Shown here piece by piece: positions 23,750 through 36,377 of a DNA stretch of 64,000 nt (positions within the stretch are counted from its first letter, which is position 1; each line of letters starts with the position of its first letter). The stretch spans positions 209,870,001 to 209,934,000 of the forward strand of contig CM097882.1 of assembly GCA_044892505.1 (NCBI GenBank), in the 5' to 3' direction. Below the pieces are notes generated by a model. That model was given only the letters and a program-made list of their open reading frames with translations, was not told where the DNA came from and did no database searches. Position numbers and translations under genes: made by a program. Origin of the DNA: Schmidtea nova (Eukaryota).

Positions 23750-26700
23750 CATCCTTCAATTATCCAATTTTCTTTATAAATCAAATAATTTTGTTGATGC
23801 CCCGGGTTTCACACGTCGGATTTTCCTTTATACGCACTTGATAAAGGCTATGCCGAAATATTGTGTACTTATTTAAAGAGACTTTGATCTATAGTCTTAC
23901 CATTATGGGAATTATTGATGATCATATAAATATTGTCTAAAATTTACAATAAACTCGTGAAGTGCCAACAACTCTTTTCTAGTAACACAATATCCGATTT
24001 CATGTGTTGTCAAATGTCTTGAACCATACGTTATCACTCATTCAGTACCGTCTTACTTAATTTAAGATAAAACTGCACCCATGGCTCCAATATTAGCATC
24101 CGTATCAAGAATAAATGGTCGATCTGCCCTTGGAAATTCTAATATTGGTGCTTCACACAATAGTTTCTTTAAATTGATAAATCTTGTTCTACATTATTTA
24201 TTCCAAACAATAATTTTATCTTTTCCTGGGCTGCTATCATTGAATAATTCTTTATAAACCGCCTATGATAATTGGTTAAACCTAAGAATGACCTCAATTC
24301 TGTAACTCTTTTTGGTTAAGTTACATTTTTCAATTTCTAAAATCTTTCTTTTATTTGTTTGAATTCCCTTTTCACTCACTGTATGACCAATGAAATTTAA
24401 TACGCTTTTATGGAACACATATTTTTCGGGATTAACTTTCAAACCGACATCTGTAATGCGCGTGAATACTTCAAGTAGAAGTTTACCACGAGTTTCCTGA
24501 TTTTCAGCATATATTAAAATGTCATCAAGATAGACAACTACTCCTTTGAAAATTAATCCTTCCAATATCTTATGCATCAGTTTCTGAAAAGTGGCAGGAG
24601 CTGTTGATAAACAAAAATTGTAACCTGTTAAAACAGAATCGTCCCTTTTTTGTACTAAATGCCGTCTTGGTTTGGAATTTTCATGAAACTCTACCTGATA
24701 ATAGGCCTGGCCTAAATCAATTGATAAAAATATCTTTGACTTACCAAGATAATTCAATAATAATCGCATGCCTGGCATCGGGAATGAAAACTTTTTTATA
24801 ACTGAATATAATAACCTAAAATCTCGACACATTCTTATAGAACCACCGGGCTTTTCGACTATCACTAGTGGTGTGTTCCACGGACTCTGACATTTTCTCA
24901 CAAATCCAGCTTCTAATAAATTCTGCATTTTAACTCTTCAATTTTGACTTCTAAATACATGTGTTATTTTCTGGGATTTTGTAAAATTTGAGGACCCGAA
25001 GTCGTTATTTCATGTGTTATTACTTTTGTATGACCTAAGTCAAATTTGAATACCCAACTTTGAATTCTTATTCAACTTGAGCGTCGATAACGCAAACTCT
25101 GATCTATCAGAATCTATAGATTTCTCGGTAACTAACGAGGCATCTATATTATTGACTTCTTTAAGGTCCATGTCAAATATTATCATGGTTTTTACACCTC
25201 CTATAAAATCTGGATGAATTTTTCTGACAATAATAACATTCAATTCTCAACATTTGTTGTTCCATTTTGCAACGATTTTAACGCTTCCGATAGGTTTCTC
25301 GTCTTCTTTTGAAAATACTCCACTCAACCGTATTCTGCTTTCCATCAATGTTGGACTGCCAATCAATCTCCAACATTTCTCACTCATCTCACTGATTGAA
25401 GCTCCTGAATACCATAACATCTCTAATTCATTTATTTTAATCGTACTCCACTTTCTGTCATCATCCTTCTTAAACATCACATCCTTCTTTACAACATTTC
25501 GTTTTTATACTCATCTACTGACAAAATGTAGACAAAAGGGTCTTCTTCTTTTTGAATCTCAACATTATGTATGACTGGGGCTATCAATTCCTCTTATCTG
25601 TCATCGTCTTCTTCGTGTATACAATATACTCTTCATTCCAGTCTTTTTGTATTGCTTCTTGAGATCGCTAACAAATGGCAACTTCTAAATGAATGACCTT
25701 CTTTACTGCATAATAATCATTTGTCCTTTAAAGACACTCAAATCACATATGGTTACTTTGTCCACAATAAAAGCATTGACCAGGCTTAACCTTTCTTCTG
25801 CTGGCTCAGGTAGACCACAACATCTATTATAAACTTTCCTCGCGATATGTTTCATTGAAAGTAACGGTGGTGGTCTACGTTCCGTAGTTGTCCTCTCATT
25901 ATATTGTTCTACTACAGGTTTCACTCTATCAATTTGCCTTTCGCATTTTTTATTTCTATTTTGATAACTTTGTTGGGTTCTGGGGTTGTTGGTGAAATGG
26001 TATAAGTTAACAATAAAATAACTGACTCCAAAGTGTGCCTTTTAATTGACCACAATAACAATTAACACTGGAAACTTTATTGAATATCACAAATATTTTC
26101 TTTAACACTGAATTGACCCACACTCAGCAGTCTAACAACTGATTATACAGTGCTTATTACGACACGATGGTGAAGAACAGCACCTTTGTATAATCTTGGT
26201 TCGAACAATCACTCACCACTGAGGGATACAACAATTTGTAATTTAACTGGTTGCCTTCTTGGTTTGACTTTGATTTATGCTGAACTTCACTTGATTATTA
26301 ACTGGATCAGCTCATGTTGGTTATCTCTTTGTTTCTCTGTCTCTTCTCAATTCTTCTTTAAGTTTCTTTTTTAAGTTTTGCTTCGGGTTTCTTTACAATT
26401 CTCTTCACTTCTAATTCAACTAATTATTCTCACGCTTTCTGTCTCTCACAACTTCTGTCTACAATTTTGCTCTCTAAAATTCTAACTAAAATATTCTCTC
26501 TAAAATTCTGTCTACAATTGTATCTCCTTCCATTTTTATAGCTCATCAAATTTTATGGCACTTGAGATAATTTTGCCTTTTTCCATTTTGATTCTCGGAC
26601 ATCTCGAATTTTTCTCCCAGTTCCAGTTTTATCTATGACACTGTCTAGATAATTTCAGATTTCCCTTCTTCCTTTTTAAGCCAACTTTTTTCAGCACTTC

Positions 26701-27770
26701 TGTTATCTGACAAGCTGTCAGGATTTTTTTCCTACTTGTTTTTGTTTTCGTTTTGAAAATTTCTTTCACGTTTCTGTACTTATTAATTAGGAATGACCTT
26801 TGTTTTTGCTTTCTTGTTTGATCTCTTTTGTCTGTTTCCAACTTCTCATTTTCCAAGTTTTGACTTTGGTTTTTTCTTCTCCGGACTCCAAAAGATCCAA
26901 TCGATTTTTCCGCCAGGTAATTTTATTAATTATATATTATTTTGTATTTTAGGTATCCTCAACCACTTATTTCTGGTTGACGACTTGTGTAAATTCTGTT
27001 ATTTAAAGATGTTTTTAGTCCATTGCCTCTGTTTATCTTGAGCAACGTTTGCATAGATTGATTTCACTACTGCCTGAACTTCTTCAAATCGTTCTTTTGC
27101 ATCATAACCTTCTCGTGCCTCATATACTTTTGCTAAATTTCTAATTTCTTCCCTCGTGATGTTAGCATTCGTTGATATATTTTCTTTCAAGCGGTTATTA
27201 CGAACTCTGTTGCACAAAATCAGTTCAACAATATTTTCTTTTGAAATTCTACAGTCAAAAACTTCGTCAACAAGTTTCTTTACTTGTATCTCGAATGTAA
27301 TGAATCTTTCATCGTTAATTTGTTTTACTGCTGATAAGTCACAAATCTTATCCATAATGAGCTTCGTTTTGGTAAATGTTTCATTAAACCATGTTAAGCG
27401 ATGTCCTTAAATTCTTTCCAGAGAATAGAAGCCTCTTCAGACAATAAATCAAAAATACTTACTAAATTTAGATCGTTAAGTAGCATCCAATCTTCAATAT
27501 CGTTGAGCCATTTCTCTGCTTCTATCGTGCTATGGCCGTCGAATCTTCTGACATTAAAATTCAAAATGTCTTTTGCCTTTTTATGCAAAGATTCTATAAT
27601 CATCTTTCTATGTCTATTTCCACGAGAATCGGCTTGATTTTCTCTGCGTGGTCACCAGTTATAATTTCTTCATAAGTCATAATAATAATCAAAATATATT
27701 TTTATAAAAAAGTGCCGAATTTCGTAATATTAAAACAACGTTTTAATATAAATTAATTATTGAACATCAC
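23750..27770 (-). mobile_element. Decayed small Ty3/Gypsy element (gag-PR-RT-RNase H), copy 1
   Basis: Gag-like 27000-27680; protease-like WYSGASIS; RT 24263-24928 (SPWNTPLV, YLDD); RNase H-like FILDTDAS near 24110. Homologous to 30736-32810. Confidence 0.85.
25971..26964. mobile_element. 994-bp insertion, probable solo LTR, in the small Gypsy gag
   Basis: Interrupts sequence that is continuous in the 31.5-kb copy (..TTGATAACTT|ATTTCTGG..). ACTT is duplicated at 25967-25970 and 26965-26968. Begins TGTTGGG; ends CTCAACC (imperfect). Confidence 0.65.
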
Positions 27771-29583
27771 CATAACTCATTTGAAATTTTCCTGATTTAG
27801 ATTTATTTTTCAGCAATTAAGTGTTTTATGTTATTTTCGTGTTTTTCACTTGTTTACTAAGTGAAATTTGTTCATTTTAATTTTAAAATGTGCTTTAATT
27901 AAATTGTAATTTTTTTCTGTGGTTATTTTTGTTTACTTGGTGTTATTTGATAATATTGTATGTTCACTTCATGCGCCCCTCTACGTGCTGTTTCACGACT
28001 TCAATCGAACCAAACATAGTTGGTTTAGTTTTTGTCTAACATTTGTTGGGAAGTATGGGTGTTGTTAAAAAATTTATTATTGACTCTAGGGATTGACACA
28101 GCCCATACCGTAACATAAATGTTATCTACCACACCCATGTACCTATTGTTACTACTCAGTAAGCTATGTTGGTAATATACATGGTGGCGAGAATCCAGTG
28201 AGTTCCGTTGCCGAAACTACTCCTCACTGTATCCTTTCTTTCGGGTTCTTGCTGCCGATAGAAGGTCTTACGCATCTAGCTACTCTCTATTTCTAATGGT
28301 TCTTTAAATTTATCCATTCTCGATCTATGATCCTTACACTATCTTATCCATCATCTAGTTGTCCCAAAAATATATCTCAACCAACCTTCTAAATCGTAAT
28401 TTTCCTTCGCCATCCTATATAATTTAATGATACAACGGCCCGGAAGAACCGATTTTTTGGTCCAACAAATTCCGAACCATCGGAGTCATCAGGACTGGTA
28501 AGTCAACCAAGCCTCTCTTAAAATCAATTTTAATCAGGACAAATCAATTGTGCAAGGCAAAACAAAACAAATTTATGGTTAAAATAAAATATTTATTATT
28601 ATTTACAATTTACCAAAATGCAGTTACAAATAAAGCATAATAATTACAACAAACTTTAAAAGAATACATAAAATATAAACATACTTGATACCAATGTACC
28701 CCACATTAGAATATAAAAGCTACTGACCGGTGCTGGCTGGCAGAATTGAAATTTTTCCGTAATTAAAAATGAATAATAATTGAATAATTGAAAATAATAA
28801 TTGAGCTATTTTGTAAATAATTTTAATAGCAAATATTGTAATTGTATTCTTTAATAAACCTTTTTGTTAAAACTATATTCGTTCTTATTTACATACAACA
28901 TCAATTATTATATTTGTAAAGATTATCGTTTGGAGTCCGATTATTAATTGATTAATAAATTATGAGAAATAAACTATTCTCTGTTGATTCGTAACCACTC
29001 ATACAAAACGAGCAGTATTATAGCCGTTACCTGTTACTAAGGCCTCGATCGAAATTTAAAATTTTAGAATAATTTTAGAATAATTTAGATTTAGTGTAAT
29101 TTTATTTAGTAGCACAAATTACTTGTCATATTTCGATGCGAACCAAACTCAAATATATACCCACTTAATTTAAATACATAATAAATCTGAATAATTTTAA
29201 TAATAGAAAAAAGCGACGCGTAGGTTTGGTGATTTCAGGAATCAATTATGTCCGAGTAGTGGATGTCCCTAACGTCAATAAGCGTTTCGAGTTGGGATGT
29301 AACAAAAATGTTTAGAAGCGATTTTGTAAATGAAATGAATGCATAAAAGTTGCTTACGTTGTCGGTTAATGAACAATGAAATAATTAATTTGTTCTCTCA
29401 AGAAATAAATTGAGGGTAATATTTTTTAAGACGCTGCTGATCTATTTATTCGACACCCCATTTGATTGAAGTTGGTGAAACAAAAAGCAGGAGCAACTTT
29501 TGTAACATCCTGAAAATTTCGACATTTTTCGAACAATGATCGTGATAATCTTGTTCTGCCTGTTTTTGGGGTTTATATATATA

Positions 29584-30720
29584 CCGTATTTTTGCGCATA
29601 TAACCCGCTGGTTATACAAGTTTTTACAAACAAACGGTCGCTGTGCGGGGTATACAAGGGTGCGGGGTTTACAAAAATAATTTTACTCATAAAGCTTTCC
29701 TTCAATAGAGGTTCACGCATTTATCCACTGTGTTAAAATCTGTAGTTTCACTGTGAGGTTCTTAAATGTAAAACGAATAACTTTATTAACATCTCATTAG
29801 AAGTAAATTTACAAATAATACACGTTTAGAAAACAAGTAATACGGATGCGGCAGAGAACATTTAATATAATCAATTGCCATAAGTAAGCAAGTAAACCAA
29901 TTCGCCAGTCCACATTTCATGCAATACATCCATAATCAATCACCATTACTGTCACTGTCCTCGCTACAGTTAGTGAAGCCATCGAAACTTGTATCATATT
30001 CACTGTCTTCATCAAGGAAGCGAAGCATGTTGGCAGCAGTAGCTGGGTCATAAATTGACTCTTCATCACTATCATCATAGTCAGCTGAATCGAAACATTC
30101 CTCTGCTGCTGGCTATGCATTAACTTCACTACCGGTCACCGTTAGCAGGCCAGCCTTAATGAAACCGTTGCGAATAGTTTCTGTGCTGATTTGCTGCCAC
30201 GCTGCCAGAACCCATTTGCATACTTCAACGTACGTAGAACGTCTCTGCTTTCCAGCTAGCGTGAATGTGTGTTCGCCTTCACTCATCCATTTTTCCCATT
30301 CATTAAGGACAAAACACTTGAATGGATGATTAACAGCAATATCAAGTGGCTGAAGCTTATATATTAAACCGCCCGGAATGAGAGCAATGTGAGCACCAGT
30401 CTTATTGATCTGTTTGTGAACAGATGTCTCCTTGTTTGCAGCCATTCCATCAAAAATTAACAACGATTTTGGCAAAAAGAATCCACCCTGTCTAGCACGA
30501 TAGCATCTTTCAGTCCACTCTTTCATCACATCAGTGTTCATCCATCCTTTTTTGTTGCACACAACAATCACTCCCTGTGGCAGTTTCTCACGTGGCATTG
30601 TCCCTCGTTTGAATATAACCATTAGTTTCAACTTCTCACCAGCAGCTGAGCATGCCAGGACAACTGTGAAACATGTGCGCTCATGTCCAGTTGTGGTAAT
30701 AGGAACCGTTTTAGAACTAG
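29584..30720 (-). mobile_element. pogo-family DNA transposon, 3' half with terminal inverted repeat
   Basis: DDE fragment 30113-30631 (LLIFDG...LQPLDIAVNHPFK). TA followed by CCGTATTTTTGCGCATATAACCCGC at 29582 resembles pogo-type termini. 5' part is missing. Confidence 0.75.
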
Positions 30721-30735
30721 TATATATATATATAA

Positions 30736-32810
30736 GTGATGTTCAATAATTAACTTTGTTTAAATATTATCAAGTATGGCACTGTTTTAAAAATATATAT
30801 TTTAATTTGTTAAATTGTTATTATGAATTATGAAGAAATTGTAACTGGCGACCATGCCGAAAAAATCGAGCAGATTCGCGTGGTGACAAGAAATCAGCAT
30901 AGAAAGATGATTATGGAATCTTTGCCTAAACAGGCAAAAGACATTTTGAATTTTAATGTTAGAAGATTCGACGGTAGAAGCAGAGAAATAGCTGAAGGAT
31001 ATTGAAGATTGGATACTACTAAATGATCTAAATTTAGTAAGTATTTTTGATTTATTATTGTCTGATGAGGCACCTATTCTTTGGAAAGAATTTAAGGACA
31101 TTGCCACAACGAATGAAAAAGCTCGTGAATGGTTTAATGAAACATTTACCAAAACGAAGCTCATTATGGATAAGATTTGTGACTTATCAGCAGTAAAACA
31201 AATTAACGATGAAAGATTCATTACATTCGAAATAAAAGTAAAAAAACTTGTTGACGAAGTTTTTGACTGTAAAATTTCAAAAGAAAATATTGTTTAACTG
31301 ATTTTGTGCAACAGAGTTCGGAATGACCGTTTGAAAGAAAATATATCAACGAAGGCTAATATCACGAGGGAAGAAATTAGAAATTTAGCAAAAGTATATG
31401 AGGCACGAGAAGGTTATGATGCAAAAGAACGATTTGAAGAAGTTCAGGCAGTAGTGAAATCAACTTATGCAAACATTGCTCAAGATAAACAGAGGCAATG
31501 GACTAAAAGAACATCTTTAAATAATAGAATGTATTCGAGTCGTCAACCAGAAATAAGTTATCAAAATAGAAATAAAAAATGCGAAAGGCAAATTGATAGA
31601 GTGAAACCTGTAGTAGAACAATATAATGAGAGGACAACTACGGAACGTAGACTACCACCGTTACTTTCAATGAAACATATCGCGAGGAAAGTTTATAATA
31701 GATGTTGTGGTCTACCTGAGCCAGCAGAAGAAAGGTTAAGCCTGATCAATGCTTTTGTTGTTGACGAAGTGACCATATGCGATTTGAATGTCCTTTGAAG
31801 GACAAATGCTTAATATGCGGTAAAGAAGGTCAGTCATTTATAAATTGCAATTTGTTAGTGAAATCAAGAAGCAATGCATAAAGACTCGAACAAAGAGTGT
31901 ACTGTATACACGAAGAAAAAGATGACAGATAAGAGGAATTGATAGCTCCAGTCATACATAATGTTGAGACTCAAAAAAATCAAGAAGAACCTGTTGTCTA
32001 CATTTCGCGAGTAGGGTCGAGACAGTAGATGAGTATATAAAACGAAATGTTATAAAGAAAAATGTGATGTTTAAGAAGGATGAGGACAGAAAGTGGAGTA
32101 TGATTGAAATAAATGAATTTTATGTAGAGATGCTATGGGATTCAGGAGCTTCAATCAGTGTGATGAGTGAGAAATGTTGGAGATTGATTGGCAGTCCAAC
32201 ATTGATGTAAAGCAGAATACGGTTGAGTGGAGTTTTTTCAAAAGAACACTAGAAACCTCTCGGAAGCGTTAAAATCGTTGCAAAATGGAACAACAAATGT
32301 CGAGAATTGAATGTTATTATTGTCAGAGAAATTCATCCAGATTTTATAGGAGGTGTAGACACCATGAGAATATTTGACTTGGAGCTTAAAGAAGTCAATA
32401 ATATAGATGCATCGTTAGTTACATAGAGATTACCAGATCCTGATCGGTTAGAGTTTGCGTTATCGACACTCAAGTTGGACAAGAATTCGAAGTTGGGTAC
32501 TTTAATATCTAAGTTTAGCAACATTTTTATGGCATCAAATTTGACTTAGGTCATACAAAAGTAATAACACATGAAATAACGACTTCGGGTCCTCTAATTT
32601 TACAAAATCCAAGAAGGCAACATATGCATTTAGAAGTCAAAATTGAAGAGTTAATAAAAAAATTATTAGAAGATGGAGTTGTGAGAAAATGTCAGAGTCC
32701 GTGGAACACATCACTAGTAATAGTCGGAAAACCGGATGGCTCTATAAGAATGTGTCAAGATTTTATGCTATTAAATTCGGTTACAGAAAAGTTTTCATTC
32801 TGTTTGTATT
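30736..32810 (+). mobile_element. Decayed small Ty3/Gypsy element, copy 2 (gag-PR-start of RT, truncated)
   Basis: Gag fragments 30823-31798 near-identical to copy 1; RT start 32624-32812 (SPWNTSLV). Confidence 0.85.
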
Positions 32811-33039
32811 GATGTGACTAGCAATTTTTGTTTGCTGATAATTTATTAATTAATAAGAAGGTTATTAGATTCGTTTCATCTTAATTTTGTAAAGATCCTA
32901 ATGAATAGTTTTAGAATACTTAATGAGTTTGGGATAAAATGAGCAAAACACCCTTTATCGGTCGCTCTTAAACCCACCTTGACATTTGGTCAATCACAGT
33001 TTCGAATGTCCACTAATTTTTTGCAGTACCAACATTACA

Positions 33040-33043
33040 CTGG
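33040..33043. repeat. Target-site duplication CTGG (left copy; right copy 62515-62518)
   Basis: CTGG directly precedes the TG at 33044 and directly follows the CA at 62514. Confidence 0.9.
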
Positions 33044-34517
33044 TGTTGGGTCAGCCAAATCGAGCAGCATCTGAAAGATAATACATAAATTAAGAAAATA
33101 AAGCTACTTAAAATAACAACAAAATAAATTACCAGCATAAAAAGTAGAAAATAAGCGGCAACATCTAAGAGAAATAAAGTATTAATCAAAACAAAATAAA
33201 ACTCAAGAACTCACTCATGCGAAGCAGATAAAATCTGAATATGACAGCGCGTGGGCGGCTGTCACCGAAGAGCTAAAACAAAATCAAATAAAAATTAAAT
33301 CATACAAAAAATAAACTTACCGCATGATTAACCAAATAAATCATTGAGTTGAGTTAGGCACCAAAAAGCCGACAACATAAAAAAATGAATCAAACATACA
33401 CACATACTCGATGCTGATTGGCTGACCAATAACACCGGTTGAGTAAAAATACTGAAGTCAAATCAGTATTTGACAATGTCATTTTTACTGAAGGTAAATC
33501 AGTACAACAGTTACTTTTACGGAAGATATTGTAAAACCGAGTTGGAAATAAAAGGTAATTTGGAGTTATGTTATTGATGTGTTTAAACCCTCATAATTTT
33601 TTATAATCATATTAAAATCCATAAGGTTTTCCGGAGGCCTAACAGCCTGACGGATTCTTGGGCCTCTCAGCGCAACACAATCTTTCGGTTGTGAGGTGCC
33701 GATGCGGCGGGACCATAGGTGTTCTAAATATTTAACAAGCGGAAGGGGGAAGTGCACATAGGATATCTAATGCCATCGTAACAACGGTATGGGCGATAGA
33801 AATTGAAGGATGCATCATCTGTCACAACGACATCGAGTGAATGAGTGTACCTAAGAAGTTTGTCAATAGACCAGGGGTATCTAACGTTCGTGAAGTCGAG
33901 TAAAGTAGCAACAGCTTTGTACAGAGGATATGTATCAGGATAGACAACATCAAGTCAGCTAAATTAAGTACTGACGAGGGTAGAGATGTACAACGCATGA
34001 GTCATGTGAGTTCAGGAGCTGAGAGGGTTAGCGTCAGAGGTAAACAATGAATCAACAAGGCATCCCAACATATATACACCTCTCGAAGGGTACGAAGGAT
34101 AGACCCCACGGATATGCCATGATAGTACGATCTATACCCAATTAGTCTGAGTAAGGGGTTGATCATGTTCCCCGGATGATGTGATCCTTGATAGTTAAAA
34201 TTGATGGTTGGAGGTAAAACCTGAGGAATGATTGAGCATGATTGCTGTAAATATGAACTGAAAAATGTCTCGTAGATAATAACATCCAAACAAAATGAAC
34301 GGTCAAGTGATCTATGTAGTTGAAAACAAAATATCATAAACAGCACGATGAATTATGCGTGGCCAACTCACATAAGCAAATTGATAGAGTGAATATATTC
34401 ACCCACAATGATAATAAAATATGACCTACATGGTATCGCAAACATCGGACTAGTTCAACATTGAACCACCGACTGAAGCCTACAGAGTTTCACCCTTAAG
34501 TCGAGTAGGTCGACGGG

Positions 34518-34525
34518 TATAAATA
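34518..34525 (+). promoter_or_regulatory. Candidate TATA box in the LTR (copy near 60679)
   Basis: TATAAATA about 30 nt before an Inr-like ATCACTC; position alone, no functional data. Confidence 0.4.
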
Positions 34526-34579
34526 ATCGCGCTTACCCGACAAATCTATCACTCTAACATAATTCTTGTCTTCAGCCAC

Positions 34580-35215
34580 ATGATAAAGACCGAAGGATAC
34601 CAAACGGAGCTGATCGACTCACGACATATGAAAGTGGAGGATTATGTCATCCGGAGAAAACGACGTACCCGTTCCATCATCCGGCCAAAGAGGAACCCCA
34701 CCATCGAGGGAGAAATGGAAGCCCCCCGCCGAATTAGTGCAATTGCACGTCGACACTTATGCCGATGGATAAGACATCATACGAGTGCAGCCGCCGATAT
34801 TCCGGCTTGTGCCTTCACCATACAACTGCGATGGGAGGGAGACACCGATTGGACCTCCACCACGGATCCTGCCGAGCCAAGGACCGATAGATGGTTCTAT
34901 CAATTCCTCGACGAACAGAAACGACCCCGTTGGATATTGAGTAATGAGATGATGACGGGAAGGGCTCTATATCAATTAGGGTACATGCTGCTAGACAGGC
35001 CTCGGTGTCGCTACACTGAGGAAGTCTTCGCCTACTCCAACGCGCCAGGAAGCGTGTCTTTAGCGCAACACCCCGAGGCCAAGGAGCTTCGCCTCTGGGA
35101 GGTGTTTATCTACAAAGATAAGCTGAGTTGGAACCCAGCCCCAGAAATGTATTGGGAGAATGGAATTCGTCGCGACGAGCATCCTGCCGATCAGGAATTG
35201 AGAGCATCCAGTTGA
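34580..35215 (+). CDS. LTR ORF1, 211 aa, unknown function
   Basis: Intact in both LTRs; probable homolog in LTR of element A. Confidence 0.75.
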   Translation: MIKTEGYQTELIDSRHMKVEDYVIRRKRRTRSIIRPKRNPTIEGEMEAPRRISAIARRHLCRWIRHHTSAAADIPACAFTIQLRWEGDTDWTSTTDPAEPRTDRWFYQFLDEQKRPRWILSNEMMTGRALYQLGYMLLDRPRCRYTEEVFAYSNAPGSVSLAQHPEAKELRLWEVFIYKDKLSWNPAPEMYWENGIRRDEHPADQELRASS

Positions 35216-35403
35216 TCGACACCACCCGAGAAAGAATGATTGTCATAGATATAAAAATATATGTATTTGTGTGAGAACGGTCTTGTTTTGTTTTCGAGTG
35301 TATGAGAATAGCATGATGATAAGGTGGAGTTGTTTCATAACGACAGGATGACCGAAAGATCAGACACATAACATATACTACCATTAATGATATATTTACA
35401 GAC

Positions 35404-35967
35404 ATGACTGAAACCAAGGACAGAGATTTCAAGCAAGAGGCGCGAGAACATAAGGCGCGCTCACGAGTTTTGGAGAATCGGTTAAGGCAGCTGAATGAGG
35501 AGCATCAGCGGATTAAGACGACATGGTTTAACCCAGAGCGGGTTAAGTCCATCCTGCAAGCTAGATACAGGGCGGAACGAACAATCAACGAACAGGCGAG
35601 AGAGGTCGCAGCCCTGAAATTAGAGTTGGCCAATTACTTAAAGGTGTCGACCCGAGACTTCATCACCGAGCAGTTGCGTCCTGTGATCCGGGCAAGCACT
35701 TTTAATCGATGGGTAGACACGATAGTGGTGACTACGAGCACCCAAACGGAAAATGCATCGACCGTAACTACAGCTACTGCAGTGACAGCTACAACTCCTC
35801 AAGGATCGCAAAGAACAAAGAGAAGGAATCGCTTAGGAGCGAAAAAGCGGAGAGAGCGACGTGCATATGCGGATCGCCTAGGAATAGAAATAGACTTGCT
35901 CAGCGGTCTATCTGAACAAGAACTTCTGAATGTAATTAGACCATCGGTGTTATTAAATTGTAAATAA
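35404..35967 (+). CDS. LTR ORF2, 187 aa, coiled coil with Arg-rich motif
   Basis: Intact in both LTRs; homolog in element A; followed by an overlapping AATAAA at 35963. Confidence 0.78.
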   Translation: MTETKDRDFKQEAREHKARSRVLENRLRQLNEEHQRIKTTWFNPERVKSILQARYRAERTINEQAREVAALKLELANYLKVSTRDFITEQLRPVIRASTFNRWVDTIVVTTSTQTENASTVTTATAVTATTPQGSQRTKRRNRLGAKKRRERRAYADRLGIEIDLLSGLSEQELLNVIRPSVLLNCK

Positions 35968-35968
35968 A
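35963..35968 (+). terminator. Candidate poly(A) signal in the LTR (copy near 62124)
   Basis: AATAAA overlapping the ORF2 stop, followed by a GT-rich tract (TTGTCTTGTTTGTTTGTGG). Confidence 0.5.
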
Positions 35969-36359
35969 TGTATTGTAAACGAATGATTTGACTTGTCTTG
36001 TTTGTTTGTGGAATGTTTGAGGATTGAATGTAACTAAAACCCGGATTCATTTAAACTGCAGATATCTAAAAAGTAAATTACCCTATGACAAAAGGAAAGA
36101 GCATAAGTGGGACCGAAAGAAATCCACAAACACCTTCTATCGGTAGTGGTGGACCCGTGAATAAACAAGGGAATAGTAGCCGCAAGGTTGCTCACCTGCC
36201 TTGTCATTTCACAACGTTGACACAGCACCAACATGATGAGTAGTTAGGGATACATCATGGGTGTCAGCGGGGGAATGTTTTTATGTTGGCGAGATCACCC
36301 TAACATATAAAATCACAATGATCTCAGTTGTCAATCTAACCAACACACCAGCATAAATT

Positions 36360-36377
36360 TGGGGGCTCAGCCGGGAT
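36360..36377 (+). promoter_or_regulatory. Primer-binding site of element B (tRNA-Pro type)
   Basis: TGGGGGCTCAGCCGGGAT, 6 nt after the LTR end. Confidence 0.88.

Larger units (their letters stand above)
33044..36353 (+). repeat. 5' LTR of element B (3,310 bp)
   Basis: Direct repeat of 59205-62514; TGTTGGG...CCAGCA. Confidence 0.97.

Noticed and set aside
27800-29580. Possible additional TE or gene fragments in the AT-rich spacer
   Set aside because: No ORF with recognisable motifs, no termini or TSD that I could verify.
33566-34346. Antisense LTR ORFs (63 aa and 114 aa, duplicated in the 3' LTR)
   Set aside because: Duplicated only because the LTR is duplicated; no counterpart found in A's LTR and no motifs.
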